A stretch of DNA of 64,000 bases from a virus. The stretch is taken from the IMG/VR virus record IMGVR_UViG_3300032315_000979, positions 1 through 64,000 of that record; one strand, written 5' to 3'. The notes below the pieces were generated by a model. That model worked only from the letters and a program-made list of their open reading frames with translations, did not search any database and was not told the origin of the DNA. Numbering within the stretch: position 1 is the first letter of the stretch; each line of letters starts with the position of its first letter. The position numbers and the translations under genes are program-made. This document shows, piece after piece, positions 17,120 through 27,470 of this stretch.

Positions 17120-17809
17120 TCACACCTCTCCTCTAAAGACAGCCCTGTTGCCATCTCCAATAATTTTGTATTGAATATTTTTTAATCCAGCATCAGTCAT
17201 TATACCAGTAATAGCCAGCGGGTTCATTCCCCAGTAGTCATTAACTTCACTTCCATTATTCCTACCAGAGTAGTATCTAGCTGCTGGGAAATCCACATCA
17301 ATCATATCTATGTGTGATTCAATAATTAGGTATCCCTTACACATTGACTTGGCTATCTCAATATATTGAACTGGATTTTTAGAAAGGCATACGAGGCATA
17401 AAAGTAAAACATAATCAAATTTACCAAGATGATCTGAGCTTAGATTTTCAATGTTTGATATTACTTTTTCAACTTTTGAATTAAGATATTTATGAGCAAA
17501 ATCAAATCCTTTATCCTTTGACCAAAAATCAGATTCTTTTTCCCATATATATTTATCTACTGCTACAACACGACTAGCATTTCTTTTTTCGCATTCAAAA
17601 GAATAATAACCATCCCAGCAACCAATATCTAAAACAGACTTTCCTGACAGATCACTTGGAATAAAAATGTCCTCTAGATTATTCTGAAGTAGATAATTGG
17701 CACCTGGTGTTTGATATTCACCAAGGTCAATTTTGTGGTACCAGTTGATATTGTTTATTTCCTCTTGAGGATTATTCAGAAACGATGTCATAATCATATC
17801 TATCGTCAT
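17120..17809 (-). CDS. class I SAM-dependent methyltransferase (CmoB/DUF1698-like)
   Basis: WYHKIDL, GKSVLDIGCWDGYYSF. Confidence 0.8.
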   Translation of the reverse strand: MTIDMIMTSFLNNPQEEINNINWYHKIDLGEYQTPGANYLLQNNLEDIFIPSDLSGKSVLDIGCWDGYYSFECEKRNASRVVAVDKYIWEKESDFWSKDKGFDFAHKYLNSKVEKVISNIENLSSDHLGKFDYVLLLCLVCLSKNPVQYIEIAKSMCKGYLIIESHIDMIDVDFPAARYYSGRNNGSEVNDYWGMNPLAITGIMTDAGLKNIQYKIIGDGNRAVFRGEV

Positions 17810-18407
17810 CTGATGTTATCCACTTATCCCCATCCTCTACATCCCAGACTTTTGTGTTGATCAATCTTTCAATTAATCTTTCGTTTTTCTTTGTTGTATA
17901 AGAAGGATCCCACAGCCTAACCCTGTTATTTGGCTGAATAGCAAAGTTGCCATCTTTTCTGTTTATTACATGACCACACTTGTGCTGACCTGGATTAATT
18001 GAATAACCAGTGTTTATAATATTTGAATCTGGCGTGTGCCAATCTAGTGTAAACATGTATTTGCCATCAACTTTATTTTTACGCCTATCAAGGTAAGTCA
18101 TAGACATACCACGCATGTGTTCAAAAGTTGTCACTGTAATATGGGAAGAGAAACTGTTCCACATAACTAAATCATGTAGATCAACCTCGGGGCTGTCTAA
18201 GGATGAGCAAAAGGCATTTATTGGAGCTCTCCACCAAACACCACCATCTTCCATTAAAAAATGAAACACTGGTGCTCTATCTGGTATTGATGCTACTCCA
18301 AAAATTACACATGGAAATTTAACATCATGGCTATCAACTTGATTTCTCAAGAAGTTACCACGCACATAACATTCAATTGGTGGAATATTTGCATTTAGTT
18401 CTGGCAT
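17772..18407 (-). CDS. conserved phage hypothetical protein
   Basis: LNANIPP, YMFTLDW, HKCGH, GNFAIQPNNR; function unknown. Confidence 0.7.
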   Translation of the reverse strand: MPELNANIPPIECYVRGNFLRNQVDSHDVKFPCVIFGVASIPDRAPVFHFLMEDGGVWWRAPINAFCSSLDSPEVDLHDLVMWNSFSSHITVTTFEHMRGMSMTYLDRRKNKVDGKYMFTLDWHTPDSNIINTGYSINPGQHKCGHVINRKDGNFAIQPNNRVRLWDPSYTTKKNERLIERLINTKVWDVEDGDKWITSDDDRYDYDIVSE

Positions 18408-18429
18408 ATTATATTGCTCCTTATATCAG

Positions 18430-18501
18430 AGCCCCCTCTCGGACTTGAACCGAGGACCGCTTCATTACAAGTGAAGTGCTCTACCGCTGAGCTAAAGGGG
18501 C
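18430..18501 (-). tRNA. tRNA-Thr(TGT)
   Basis: Cloverleaf, anticodon arm CTTCA-CTTGTAA-TGAAG; CCA not encoded. Confidence 0.92.
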
Positions 18502-18502
18502 G

Positions 18503-19102
18503 TTATTCATATCTTATTTTACTTGATAAGAAATACTTTACAATGCCGTAATCTGGATGGGCAATATCTGCAGATACCAAAGTGTAGTCATATAATATAT
18601 TATCAATTCTTCTTCTGTTGTATGCTGAGTGGTACTCAATCAAATAAACATCTGGTTTGATAACCATATTTTCTAGTATTTCAATTTCAGCACCTTCGGT
18701 ATCAATTTTCACAATGTCTGCTTTTGGCAGTAAACTTGCTGCTACAACAGAAACATTTTCGCCCTCTTCAACTTGCTCAGCGCCATGCTGGAAACTGCAC
18801 TCACCAACATTGTGAGCTCCATAATACATTCTTCTTTGTTCTGTTTTTGAACCTATTGCAAGGTTCATAACCATGATGTTTTCAAGATCTTTTGTATTTT
18901 TTTTTAAATACTCAAAATTATTTTTAATTGGTTCATATGAATAGATTTTTGAATTATTCCATCTTTTATTAGCCCATAAACAAAATCCACCAACATTACC
19001 GCCGATATCCAGAATCACTGGATTTTCTTTTTCATACGGAATGTCATATTCCCCTTTAAATATTTTTTCAATATGGGGAGTCATGTTTTTTGGAACTTGC
19101 AT
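18503..19102 (-). CDS. FkbM-family methyltransferase
   Basis: ILDIGGNVG, YSYEP, VKIDTEGAE. Confidence 0.85.
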   Translation of the reverse strand: MQVPKNMTPHIEKIFKGEYDIPYEKENPVILDIGGNVGGFCLWANKRWNNSKIYSYEPIKNNFEYLKKNTKDLENIMVMNLAIGSKTEQRRMYYGAHNVGECSFQHGAEQVEEGENVSVVAASLLPKADIVKIDTEGAEIEILENMVIKPDVYLIEYHSAYNRRRIDNILYDYTLVSADIAHPDYGIVKYFLSSKIRYE

Positions 19103-19605
19103 TAAGACTTCTTCCTTATTTGTTTTTTTACAACTTTCTTTACATTTTTTTTCTGAGCTCTCGGCTTAGGCATATCAGGAACTGGCATCCACTTACCCAT
19201 TGATTCAGCAAGAGCGTCAATAATTCTTTCACACTCGTAATCAATCAAGGATGTTACCATTTTATGAACAGCTTTGCTTTTTTGATCATCCGCATCTGGC
19301 TTTAACATTTCATTAACAGCTTCTTCAATTACTGCCATATGACAATGCAACAACTCGTGAACAATTGTTGCACGAACATCTTCTGGTGTATCTTTTCTAA
19401 AATCTTTATGTAAATACATTTTTGCAAGATGTTGACCATGAACAACTTCTGTCTCACCAAGCGCATCAGGGCTACAGGGCTTTGCTTGCACAAGAATTGT
19501 CCAGTGAGATAAACCCATCATATTCTTAAGCTTGTTTACATAGCGAATAACCCAGGCATCCATCTCTTCAACTTTTGCAGGTTGTCTTGCCATTTTATAT
19601 ACCAC
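19102..19605 (-). CDS. HEXXH zincin-like metallopeptidase domain protein
   Basis: TIVHELLHCH followed by a downstream E. Confidence 0.6.
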   Translation of the reverse strand: MVYKMARQPAKVEEMDAWVIRYVNKLKNMMGLSHWTILVQAKPCSPDALGETEVVHGQHLAKMYLHKDFRKDTPEDVRATIVHELLHCHMAVIEEAVNEMLKPDADDQKSKAVHKMVTSLIDYECERIIDALAESMGKWMPVPDMPKPRAQKKNVKKVVKKQIRKKS

Positions 19606-20108
19606 AGTTGTCCTTTACAGCTTTTCTTTCTTCATCATCTGCAAATAGACGAACAGCGTAGATACATGGATCCCCGCCCTCTTCCCATTCCACATCCTCA
19701 TCATGCGTGGTTGGAACACCATCATGTGTTGAACACACTGGTCTACTGATCCAGCCCTTATCTATTCCAGTAGTAATCCATTGCTCAAAATTTACTTCCA
19801 TTGTTCCAAAAAATGGATTAAAATTTTTTTCTGGGTCATTAAAATTATCTGTCATTTTTCCTCCATACAAAAGCGTTTCTTAAATAAACAATACTATATG
19901 CAAATGATCCAAGTATGAAACCATATTGCTTTGTGATTACTGCGTAGTATGTCCAACAACATTCTACACAAATCATCCACAGAAAAGCTTCCCATTTTTT
20001 TTTACCAATGAAAAACATTCCTATAATCCCCATAGCTGCTAACAGCCATGACCACGCCTGATTGCTCACGGAGTTTCCATTGGAAGAAGAAACTCTCCAC
20101 GAATCCAC
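19595..20108 (-). CDS. hypothetical protein (19595-19870) and small PnuC-like membrane protein (19845-20108)
   Basis: C..HDG.P motif in the first; three hydrophobic segments in the second. Confidence 0.55.
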
Positions 20109-20707
20109 ATTAATGCAATCGCAGCATAACCGCCAATATCAAGCAATGTGTCATAAACGCTTTCATCTGAGACTGCATTAACAACTCCTTTTGGTTTTGA
20201 TAAAAGATTTTCTAATCTTGCAACTTTATCATGCAATCTGATTGTTAAGCCATTAAGACCAAATCTTTCAATATTTTTTGGACCGTAATCTTTTTGTTTT
20301 TTAATTAAAGTAGATATAAGCATTTCTTTATCTAAAGAAATACCATTTATCTTACAGTAATGCAAAGCGGCAGCACCAATCATTGACCATAACCAACTAT
20401 GGTACTGCCGACAATACATTAACTTATCTTCATTACTGTCTTTGTAATAATGTGGATCACTTTCCCATGTCTTATTGTCAATGCACCAATCAATAATATT
20501 TTTAATATTACTAACATGATCGCCTGACAAATTAATATTCAAGTTATCCCAGTAGAAATTACTCATCCGTGATTTCCAAGAGGTACCACATTCAGTAGTC
20601 ATGCCAGTTATATCAAACCTATCTACGAACCAAAACAAATCTTTTACGGCTTCTTCCGCACAGAATTCCCATGATTTCATATTTCGCACAACTACCAATT
20701 TTTCCAT
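20066..20707 (-). CDS. DUF1599 / nucleotide-modification-associated domain protein
   Basis: KKQKDYG..NI...GLTIRLHDKVARL.NL...DTLLDIGGYA. Confidence 0.75.
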   Translation of the reverse strand: MEKLVVVRNMKSWEFCAEEAVKDLFWFVDRFDITGMTTECGTSWKSRMSNFYWDNLNINLSGDHVSNIKNIIDWCIDNKTWESDPHYYKDSNEDKLMYCRQYHSWLWSMIGAAALHYCKINGISLDKEMLISTLIKKQKDYGPKNIERFGLNGLTIRLHDKVARLENLLSKPKGVVNAVSDESVYDTLLDIGGYAAIALMWIRGEFLLPMETP

Positions 20708-20709
20708 AA

Positions 20710-21219
20710 TTAGCTATTTGCTCGCTCAACCTTTGGATCTACAATTTCAAAATGTCCACGCTTTACCTTCTTGAAGTAAGAACGATTTGCATTGTAGAAG
20801 TTGTAAAAAGTTGGAAGTGAGATTTCTACATCTGTTGCAAGCTGCACAGGTGTAATAACCTTACCAACATTTCCACTAAGGAAACTAACGATATTATCTT
20901 GCTTTGACTTTCTTCCACTCACTTGATTTACCACCTTTTCTTTGAACTTAAAAAGCTCAGCGTATGTTGAATATGATTTTTCATCAATGTTGTAATACTT
21001 GATGGTCTTTGATGGAGACCAACCTTTATAGTGACCGTAAATAACAGAAGCGGCTTCTCTATGGTCTGAAACTGGGATCAAGCCAATAAGCTTGTCAAAA
21101 ATTACACTGAACTCTTTTGTTGCAGTAAATCCAGAATCTTCTTCGTTGATGTTTTCTTCTGACATGTATAGCCTTTCTCTAGGTATGAAGAGACTATCAT
21201 TTTTAGAAAACAAAATCAA
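20710..21219 (-). CDS. putative HTH DNA-binding protein
   Basis: ITPVQLATDVEISLPTFYNF wHTH-like C-terminus. Confidence 0.5.
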   Translation of the reverse strand: MILFSKNDSLFIPRERLYMSEENINEEDSGFTATKEFSVIFDKLIGLIPVSDHREAASVIYGHYKGWSPSKTIKYYNIDEKSYSTYAELFKFKEKVVNQVSGRKSKQDNIVSFLSGNVGKVITPVQLATDVEISLPTFYNFYNANRSYFKKVKRGHFEIVDPKVERANS

Positions 21220-21315
21220 CGGGATAAATGATTATTTTAAAAATAAAAACAGGCATCCTCACACATTTATAATAACCTTTCGGAATACTATAAACCTGAA
21301 GATGCCCGTTTAAAT

Positions 21316-21987
21316 TTATTTTTTAGTTGATACTTTTTTAACAGCTTTAGTTGTTACTGGCTTTGTTTCTTGTTTTGGATTATGTGACTCAATGTGTTTA
21401 TCAAGTTTGTTTTCTACAACCGCAACATCACTATGAAGATCTCTTAGTAAAGAAGCGACTACGCCATGATCGTTTTTGTTTTCTACTCTTCCTTTTTGTA
21501 CCAAAGCTACCAGGATTCCCCCGACAGCAGCAATTAGAGCAACAGTTACGGCTTCCATCAACCCTCACTATTATGCAAGCAAAAAGCTTGCAATATCCTC
21601 TACTGACATATCAAACTTGCCGAACTCTTCTTCAAAAGAAGAAAGTGCCGTAACAAGATCGCTCTTCTTAACTGTTTTTGGGTCAAGAGGGACTTCTTTT
21701 GTGCCTGATGTTTTTCCAGCACCAGATGTTGGTGTTGATGCAGAACCAGCTGTTGGGACTGAACTCACCTTCTTTTCTGGATCAAGAGGAACTTCATTAA
21801 TCATTCCCTTGATAATATCAACTTGCGAATTATGCCATGCGGCAGCCTTAATGTGATCTTGCATTTGTTCTGCGGCAGCTTTTGCAGCAGTTTCGTGCCA
21901 AGACTTCATTGAGTTGTGGTCAGAGACCATTTTCTTCATATTGTCTTTCATATATTCTCCTTGTATTAAAGATATACTAACTAGCAT
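21316..21987 (-). CDS. membrane-anchored small protein (21316-21561) and hypothetical protein (21571-21987)
   Basis: N-terminal TM plus coiled coil in the first; duplicated EVPLDP in the second. Confidence 0.55.
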
Positions 21988-21988
21988 A

Positions 21989-22831
21989 TCATAGTAAATT
22001 TTTTATAACCTCATCAGCAATGCTGATTCCGACATTTTTATCCATTTCTTCTTCCATATCATCTTCCATGTCATCATCCCCTTCTGGAGTTACGACTCCA
22101 TCTGGAATAATGGCAAATCTGCACATTCCTTCATCTTCAACTTTTTGGGCAATTATCATGCACACTCCATTTTTTTCATACAAAACGCAGTTTGCGCACT
22201 TTACACCGATATCCTTAACATTATTTTCTTCTGCACTTTCATAGCCAGCCCAAATTCCAGTTTCGTCTTCATTAAACTTTCCAAATTTCCTGGCAATTGT
22301 TACTAAGGCATCAGCAAGAGCTGCCTCTTCTTCTGCAAGATCTTCAGCAATTTTTGAAATATCAAACGCTTTACTCACTGTTCTATAACCTCCACCTCTT
22401 TTTTTATACTCACGAACCAACCAAGCATTTGCATAGGCAGATGGGTAAACATCAAACTTAGCTTTTGCTTCAGCTTTAACCCTTGCATATAGCGCTGGGT
22501 TGGTTGGAACATTTCTTGTTGCTTTTTCTACATCTGTTGAAACATTAATTGGTTTCTTGTCCTCTCTAGTTTCAGTAGACTCAGCTCTTCGTTTTCTCTG
22601 CACTGCAGAACGAATCTGTTCTGGTGTCATTCTTGCCGCTCTTGAGGCAGGGACACATTTTGGGTACTTACCAGACTCTGCGTCTGCACGACCACATGGC
22701 TCAAATCCACCACCAGCTTTTGGTCTTGAAATATCAACCCATTTTTCTTTAAACCATTCTTTCAATGATTTAATTGCGTATTCAATTTCCTCTTCTGACA
22801 GAGTATTTTCAGGGTTGTTATTTGCTGACAT
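21989..22831 (-). CDS. modular phage protein (DUF5872-like short modules)
   Basis: LKEWFKEKWVDI, KYPKCVP, YPSAYANAWLVREYKKRGG, C.NC...C modules. Confidence 0.6.
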   Translation of the reverse strand: MSANNNPENTLSEEEIEYAIKSLKEWFKEKWVDISRPKAGGGFEPCGRADAESGKYPKCVPASRAARMTPEQIRSAVQRKRRAESTETREDKKPINVSTDVEKATRNVPTNPALYARVKAEAKAKFDVYPSAYANAWLVREYKKRGGGYRTVSKAFDISKIAEDLAEEEAALADALVTIARKFGKFNEDETGIWAGYESAEENNVKDIGVKCANCVLYEKNGVCMIIAQKVEDEGMCRFAIIPDGVVTPEGDDDMEDDMEEEMDKNVGISIADEVIKNLL

Positions 22832-22850
22832 AATTTACAATTTTACCATG

Positions 22851-23615
22851 TTATTCATAAATACTCACAACATCAGCCTGCTCCCAGCGCTGGACTGGGA
22901 TTTGTACCCTCCAGAAATAGGCAGCAGCATCTTCGGATGAGTATACAATTCTTGCATATGCTTTCTTAGCACCCTCATCATAAACAGGGCATTTAGCATA
23001 AGAGCAAAAATAAAGAGCTTTATATTGATATCTATCTTCATGCCAATGCACTGCATTAACAACAACTAGATTTTTATTACAGTATGGACATGTTCTTGTC
23101 GGATACGGGAAGTCTTTAATTATCTGTCCCAAAATCATATCTATCTTCTCCATTTTCATTAAATATTTTTTTTCTTAAAATATATGTAATGATTTCATCA
23201 ACTTTGTTCCTTGCTATTTCTATGCCATCCATCAAAGAGTTAAGTTCATCAATTGTCATTTCGTATTTATCTTCTGGAGACATTATAACAAATGCTGGTA
23301 CATAACTATCCTCAAAAGGCACAGCCTTAATTATAATCTGGAGAGACTCAATATCCTCTAGATTAATATCAGAGTTAAAACTAGTTATTCTCATTTACGC
23401 TTATTTCTATTAACTGTATTTGGTGGAGGTAATGTTTTAGTTTTATCGTTATTAGTTTTATCTAATGGTTTAGCAAACCTAATCCATTGGTAAATAAGCA
23501 TAAGTATAATACTTGTTTGAAAAGTAATATTTTCATTAAGTAACTTGTCCGCAGAGTATTTTACTCCAAGAGCGGATATAGTTAACCAGATTGCCCAGAA
23601 TATAAAATTTGACAT
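22851..23615 (-). CDS. three small genes: Zn-ribbon protein (22851-23159), hypothetical (23116-23394), membrane protein (23391-23615)
   Basis: CPYC...C....C; overlapping junctions; leaderless start at 23615. Confidence 0.6.
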
Positions 23616-23811
23616 GTAGAGAGCATATCAGAAAAATTAAAAAAAAATCATTTGCGCAAACTTTTTCTCAGAATTCATGGTATGCTTCGCATGCGGGCAT
23701 GCGGGTAAACCTAGCATACTATTATACTTATAAACTATATATACTTATATACTTAGTATACTAAGCATACGGACATTATGTTCCAAATGAAAAAGGTGAT
23801 AAGGTAGAAGT

Positions 23812-24051
23812 ATGCAGATCATTGCCATTGTTGAATCAGATGATTATGGTCCTGCTGCAATTATTGACCCCGACCATATCAGCGTGGTCAGGTTTGACGA
23901 TTTCTATCTTGCAGCAACTAGGTGTGTTTTTACTAATATGCCAATTAGTGTGGAAATATCTGAAGAAACAGCCAACGAGCTGATCCAAAAAGGTGTAAAA
24001 TGTTTGTCTATGTCATCAGACAAAACTGTTCTGGAGAATGAAAAAGAGTAA
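23812..24051 (+). CDS. hypothetical protein
   Basis: Leaderless after TGATAAGGT. Confidence 0.6.
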   Translation: MQIIAIVESDDYGPAAIIDPDHISVVRFDDFYLAATRCVFTNMPISVEISEETANELIQKGVKCLSMSSDKTVLENEKE

Positions 24052-24059
24052 CACCTTTA

Positions 24060-25073
24060 ATGAAAAAAATTAGCTGGTTTAGTTTAAATCATATGGATGC
24101 ATCTGGTGACACTTGGTATAGCCAGGGTTACTACAACGCTGCCCTTTCTACAATCAAAGCTTTGCAGGAAAAAGAATGCGCTGTCTTTTACACAAGAGAA
24201 GATATTTTATATCACATCAACTTCTGCCCGCCAACTTACTATCAGATGAAGTCAAAATACAATATTGGTTATACTCCCTGGGAATCAACCAAGATCCCTC
24301 CACACTGGATTGACAACATGCGCAAGTGCGATGAAATCTGGGCTACATCTGATTTCATCAGAGATATTTATATTAAACATAATGTTAATGCAAATGTATT
24401 TACTATTCCTCACGGTATTTCTCCAGAATTTTCTATACTTGAAAGAGAGCTAACTGGTAAGTTTAACTTCTTACATGTTGGTGGAGATTCAAAAAGAAAA
24501 AATGCACAAATGGTTGTTGATGCCTTTCTTGAGCTATATGATGGCAATGAGGATTTTCAACTAGTTCTAAAGTACAACAAGTTCTGCTATGCAGAATGCT
24601 ATGTTAACGATCAGCTTGTACCAGCTTACAACCATCCTCAAATTCTTGGAATCCCAGATAACTTTAATACAGAAGATTTAGTATCTTTGTATCACAAATG
24701 CCATTGTATGGTTTATCCAACAATGGGTGAAGGCTTTGGAATGATTCCTTTTGAAGCAATTGCAACTGGTCTACCAACAATTGTCACAAACCTAACTGGT
24801 TGTGCTGATTTTGCAAAATATGGTATTCCTCTTGAGGCTAGTTTTGTAAAAGCTGATTGGCAAGATCATCTCTACGACTGTGACACTGGAGAATGGGCAA
24901 GCCCAAATTTCCAACAACTTCTTGACTTAATGGAAAATGTTGTAAATGAGTATGATGACTTTAAAAAGTATGCTCTTAAATCAGCAAGGATTATTCACTC
25001 TGAGTGGTCTTGGTCATCCGTTGCTGATAAAATTTTAAATCGTTTTGATTTTTATCAAAATTCTTTGTCGTAG
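24060..25073 (+). CDS. GT-B (family 4-like) glycosyltransferase
   Basis: YTPWES, IPHGI, RKN, YPTMGEGFGMIPFEAIATGLPTI. Confidence 0.9.
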   Translation: MKKISWFSLNHMDASGDTWYSQGYYNAALSTIKALQEKECAVFYTREDILYHINFCPPTYYQMKSKYNIGYTPWESTKIPPHWIDNMRKCDEIWATSDFIRDIYIKHNVNANVFTIPHGISPEFSILERELTGKFNFLHVGGDSKRKNAQMVVDAFLELYDGNEDFQLVLKYNKFCYAECYVNDQLVPAYNHPQILGIPDNFNTEDLVSLYHKCHCMVYPTMGEGFGMIPFEAIATGLPTIVTNLTGCADFAKYGIPLEASFVKADWQDHLYDCDTGEWASPNFQQLLDLMENVVNEYDDFKKYALKSARIIHSEWSWSSVADKILNRFDFYQNSLS

Positions 25074-25146
25074 TCCTAAGTACTAATCTTTGACTCTGCT
25101 ATGCTCAGCGTCTAAACTAGTTGTTCTTACTTTTGGAGGTATGTAG

Positions 25147-27075
25147 ATGTCACTGTTGTCAAATGATTTTATTGCTAGTTATGGTTCAAAGACCCCGCCT
25201 TGGGGTTTTGGTGGACTTGGAGAAGTTGTGTTCCTTAGGACATACAGTCGCAAGATTGAAGGAACTGACTCAACAGAGTCTTGGGTTCAAACTATAAAAA
25301 GAATTATTGATGGCGCTATTGAAATCGGAGTTCCTTTCTCTCAGGAAGAGGCAGAGAAGTTATTTGATCACATGTTTAATCTTAGGTGCTCAGTCTCTGG
25401 CAGAGCCCTCTGGCAGCTCGGCACACCTCTTGTAAGTAAGTTTTCTGGAACTTCACTTAATAATTGTTTTTATACAAACATTGAAAAGATTGAAGACTTT
25501 GAACTTTTGTTTGATTACTTGATGCTTGGTGGTGGTGTTGGCTTTTCTGTTGAGCGTTCAAAGATTCATGATCTGCCAAAGATTAAAAAAGTCAATTACA
25601 TTACAGCAGAAAGAACAGCAGATGCTGACTTCATTGTTCCAGACTCAAGACAGGGCTGGAGAGAACTTCTCCACAAGGTTCTTGAATCTTATTTTGTTAC
25701 TGGAAAATCCTTTACATACTCAACAATTCTTATTCGTGAGTATGGAGCACCACTAAAGACATTTGGTGGTATTGCCTCTGGTCCAGGAGCTCTCGTAGAG
25801 GGTCTTGTTGATATTGGCAAAGTTCTTGATAATCGTGTTGGGAAGAAACTTCGTTCAATTGATGTGTTGGATATTTGCAACATCATTGGTCGTATCGTAA
25901 TTTCTGGCTCTTCACGCCGTTCAGCACAGATTGCTATTGGCGATCCTGATGACATGCTATTCCTTCGTGCAAAAAACTGGGGGAGCGGTAATGTTCCAGC
26001 TTGGAGATCAAATAGCAATAACAGTATTTACGCAGACTCCTATGATGAAATTGTTCCAGAATTCTGGAAGGGTTATGACGGGACTGGTGAACCATACGGT
26101 TTGCTAAACAGAAAGATGGCAAGAACATATGGAAGATTGGGTGAGAAGTCACCAGATCCAACAGTTGAAGGATTTAACCCATGCGCAGAAATTGCGCTAT
26201 CAGATGGTGAATCTTGTAACCTATCTACAATCTTTTTGCCAAACATTGAGTCGCTGGCTCAAATGCTTGAGATTTCAAGACTCCTGTATATGGTTCAGAA
26301 ACAAATTACAAGGCTTTCATATCCATACGAGAAGACAAACACTATTGTTCACAAGAATGGTCGCCTCGGTCAATCTGTGACTGGTATTCTTCAGGCAACA
26401 GAAAAGCAAGTTGGATGGCTTGATGAGGCTTATGTATATCTTAAGAGCTTTGATAAGGCTTACAGTGAAGATCACGGCTGGAATCCTTCGGTCAGACTTA
26501 CCACTGTCCAGCCATCTGGAACCCTTTCGCTTCTGCCAGGTGTGACACCAGGTATTCACCCAGCATTTGCTAACTTCTATACAAGAAGAGTTCGTTTTAG
26601 TTCTGTTGATCCACTAGTTGATGCTTGTCGTAAGCGTGGTTATAAAGTTGTTTGGGACATTGGGTTAGATGGTCGTGAAGATCATACTCGCTATGTCGTT
26701 GAGTTCCCATGTAAATCACCAGAAGGTGCTGTGTTAGCCGCAAACATGACTGCAATAGATCAGCTTGAATGGGTAAAGAAGATGCAGACTGAGTGGGCTG
26801 ACAATGCTGTTTCCGTAACAGTGTATTATCGTAAAGAAGAACTGCCAGCAATTCAGGAATGGTTGTCTAAGAACTACGATAAGAGTGTTAAGTCTGTTTC
26901 ATTCCTTTTGCATGTTGATCACAACTTCCCGCTTCCTCCGTATGAAGAGATTACTGAGGAAGAGTATAACAAGTCGGTTGCAAAACTAGACTTTTCAATC
27001 CCGCTTCAACAGAATTCTAGCGATCTAATGATTGATATGGATGATTGTGCAACGGGTGCATGTCCGATACGCTGA
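25147..27075 (+). CDS. nrdJ: class II (adenosylcobalamin) ribonucleotide reductase
   Basis: RTYSR, SGRALW, LNNC, RRSAQI, NPCAEI, CNL, TVQPSGT, C-terminal C...ACP. Confidence 0.93.
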   Translation: MSLLSNDFIASYGSKTPPWGFGGLGEVVFLRTYSRKIEGTDSTESWVQTIKRIIDGAIEIGVPFSQEEAEKLFDHMFNLRCSVSGRALWQLGTPLVSKFSGTSLNNCFYTNIEKIEDFELLFDYLMLGGGVGFSVERSKIHDLPKIKKVNYITAERTADADFIVPDSRQGWRELLHKVLESYFVTGKSFTYSTILIREYGAPLKTFGGIASGPGALVEGLVDIGKVLDNRVGKKLRSIDVLDICNIIGRIVISGSSRRSAQIAIGDPDDMLFLRAKNWGSGNVPAWRSNSNNSIYADSYDEIVPEFWKGYDGTGEPYGLLNRKMARTYGRLGEKSPDPTVEGFNPCAEIALSDGESCNLSTIFLPNIESLAQMLEISRLLYMVQKQITRLSYPYEKTNTIVHKNGRLGQSVTGILQATEKQVGWLDEAYVYLKSFDKAYSEDHGWNPSVRLTTVQPSGTLSLLPGVTPGIHPAFANFYTRRVRFSSVDPLVDACRKRGYKVVWDIGLDGREDHTRYVVEFPCKSPEGAVLAANMTAIDQLEWVKKMQTEWADNAVSVTVYYRKEELPAIQEWLSKNYDKSVKSVSFLLHVDHNFPLPPYEEITEEEYNKSVAKLDFSIPLQQNSSDLMIDMDDCATGACPIR

Positions 27076-27128
27076 TATCTGAACACAGCTGTACTGTTTT
27101 TGATTAAAACTAGTGTATAATTAAACCT

Positions 27129-27470
27129 ATGTCGTCAGATATGATCAAAGATAAGAATATTTGGGTTCCAGAGCGCTCTTACGGAGTGTGCGTATACTTT
27201 ACTGCTGAAGGTGAAGCGTTGTCGGATGGCGATGGTGTCCTTTCAGCAGAGGGTGTTATGTATGACTTAAGCATTGAGAAAAGAGTTCTTGATGCTGGTA
27301 AGTACTGGTCTGGCGATGATGATGGACATGTTAGATGGATTGCTGGAGGTAGGAAAATTTCTGCCGCAGAAAGAGATGATCAAACAGAGAGGTTGGCTAA
27401 TGGGTTTGTAGCTGACCCATTTGAAGATATGTTTGATGAACACTTTGACAATAGGAGACAGAATGGATAA
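27129..27470 (+). CDS. hypothetical protein upstream of portal
   Basis: Leaderless after GTGTATAAT; overlaps the portal start. Confidence 0.65.
   Translation: MSSDMIKDKNIWVPERSYGVCVYFTAEGEALSDGDGVLSAEGVMYDLSIEKRVLDAGKYWSGDDDGHVRWIAGGRKISAAERDDQTERLANGFVADPFEDMFDEHFDNRRQNG

Noticed and set aside
27129-27470. Terminase subunit upstream of the portal
   Set aside because: No ATPase or nuclease motifs; the terminase is presumably encoded outside this window.
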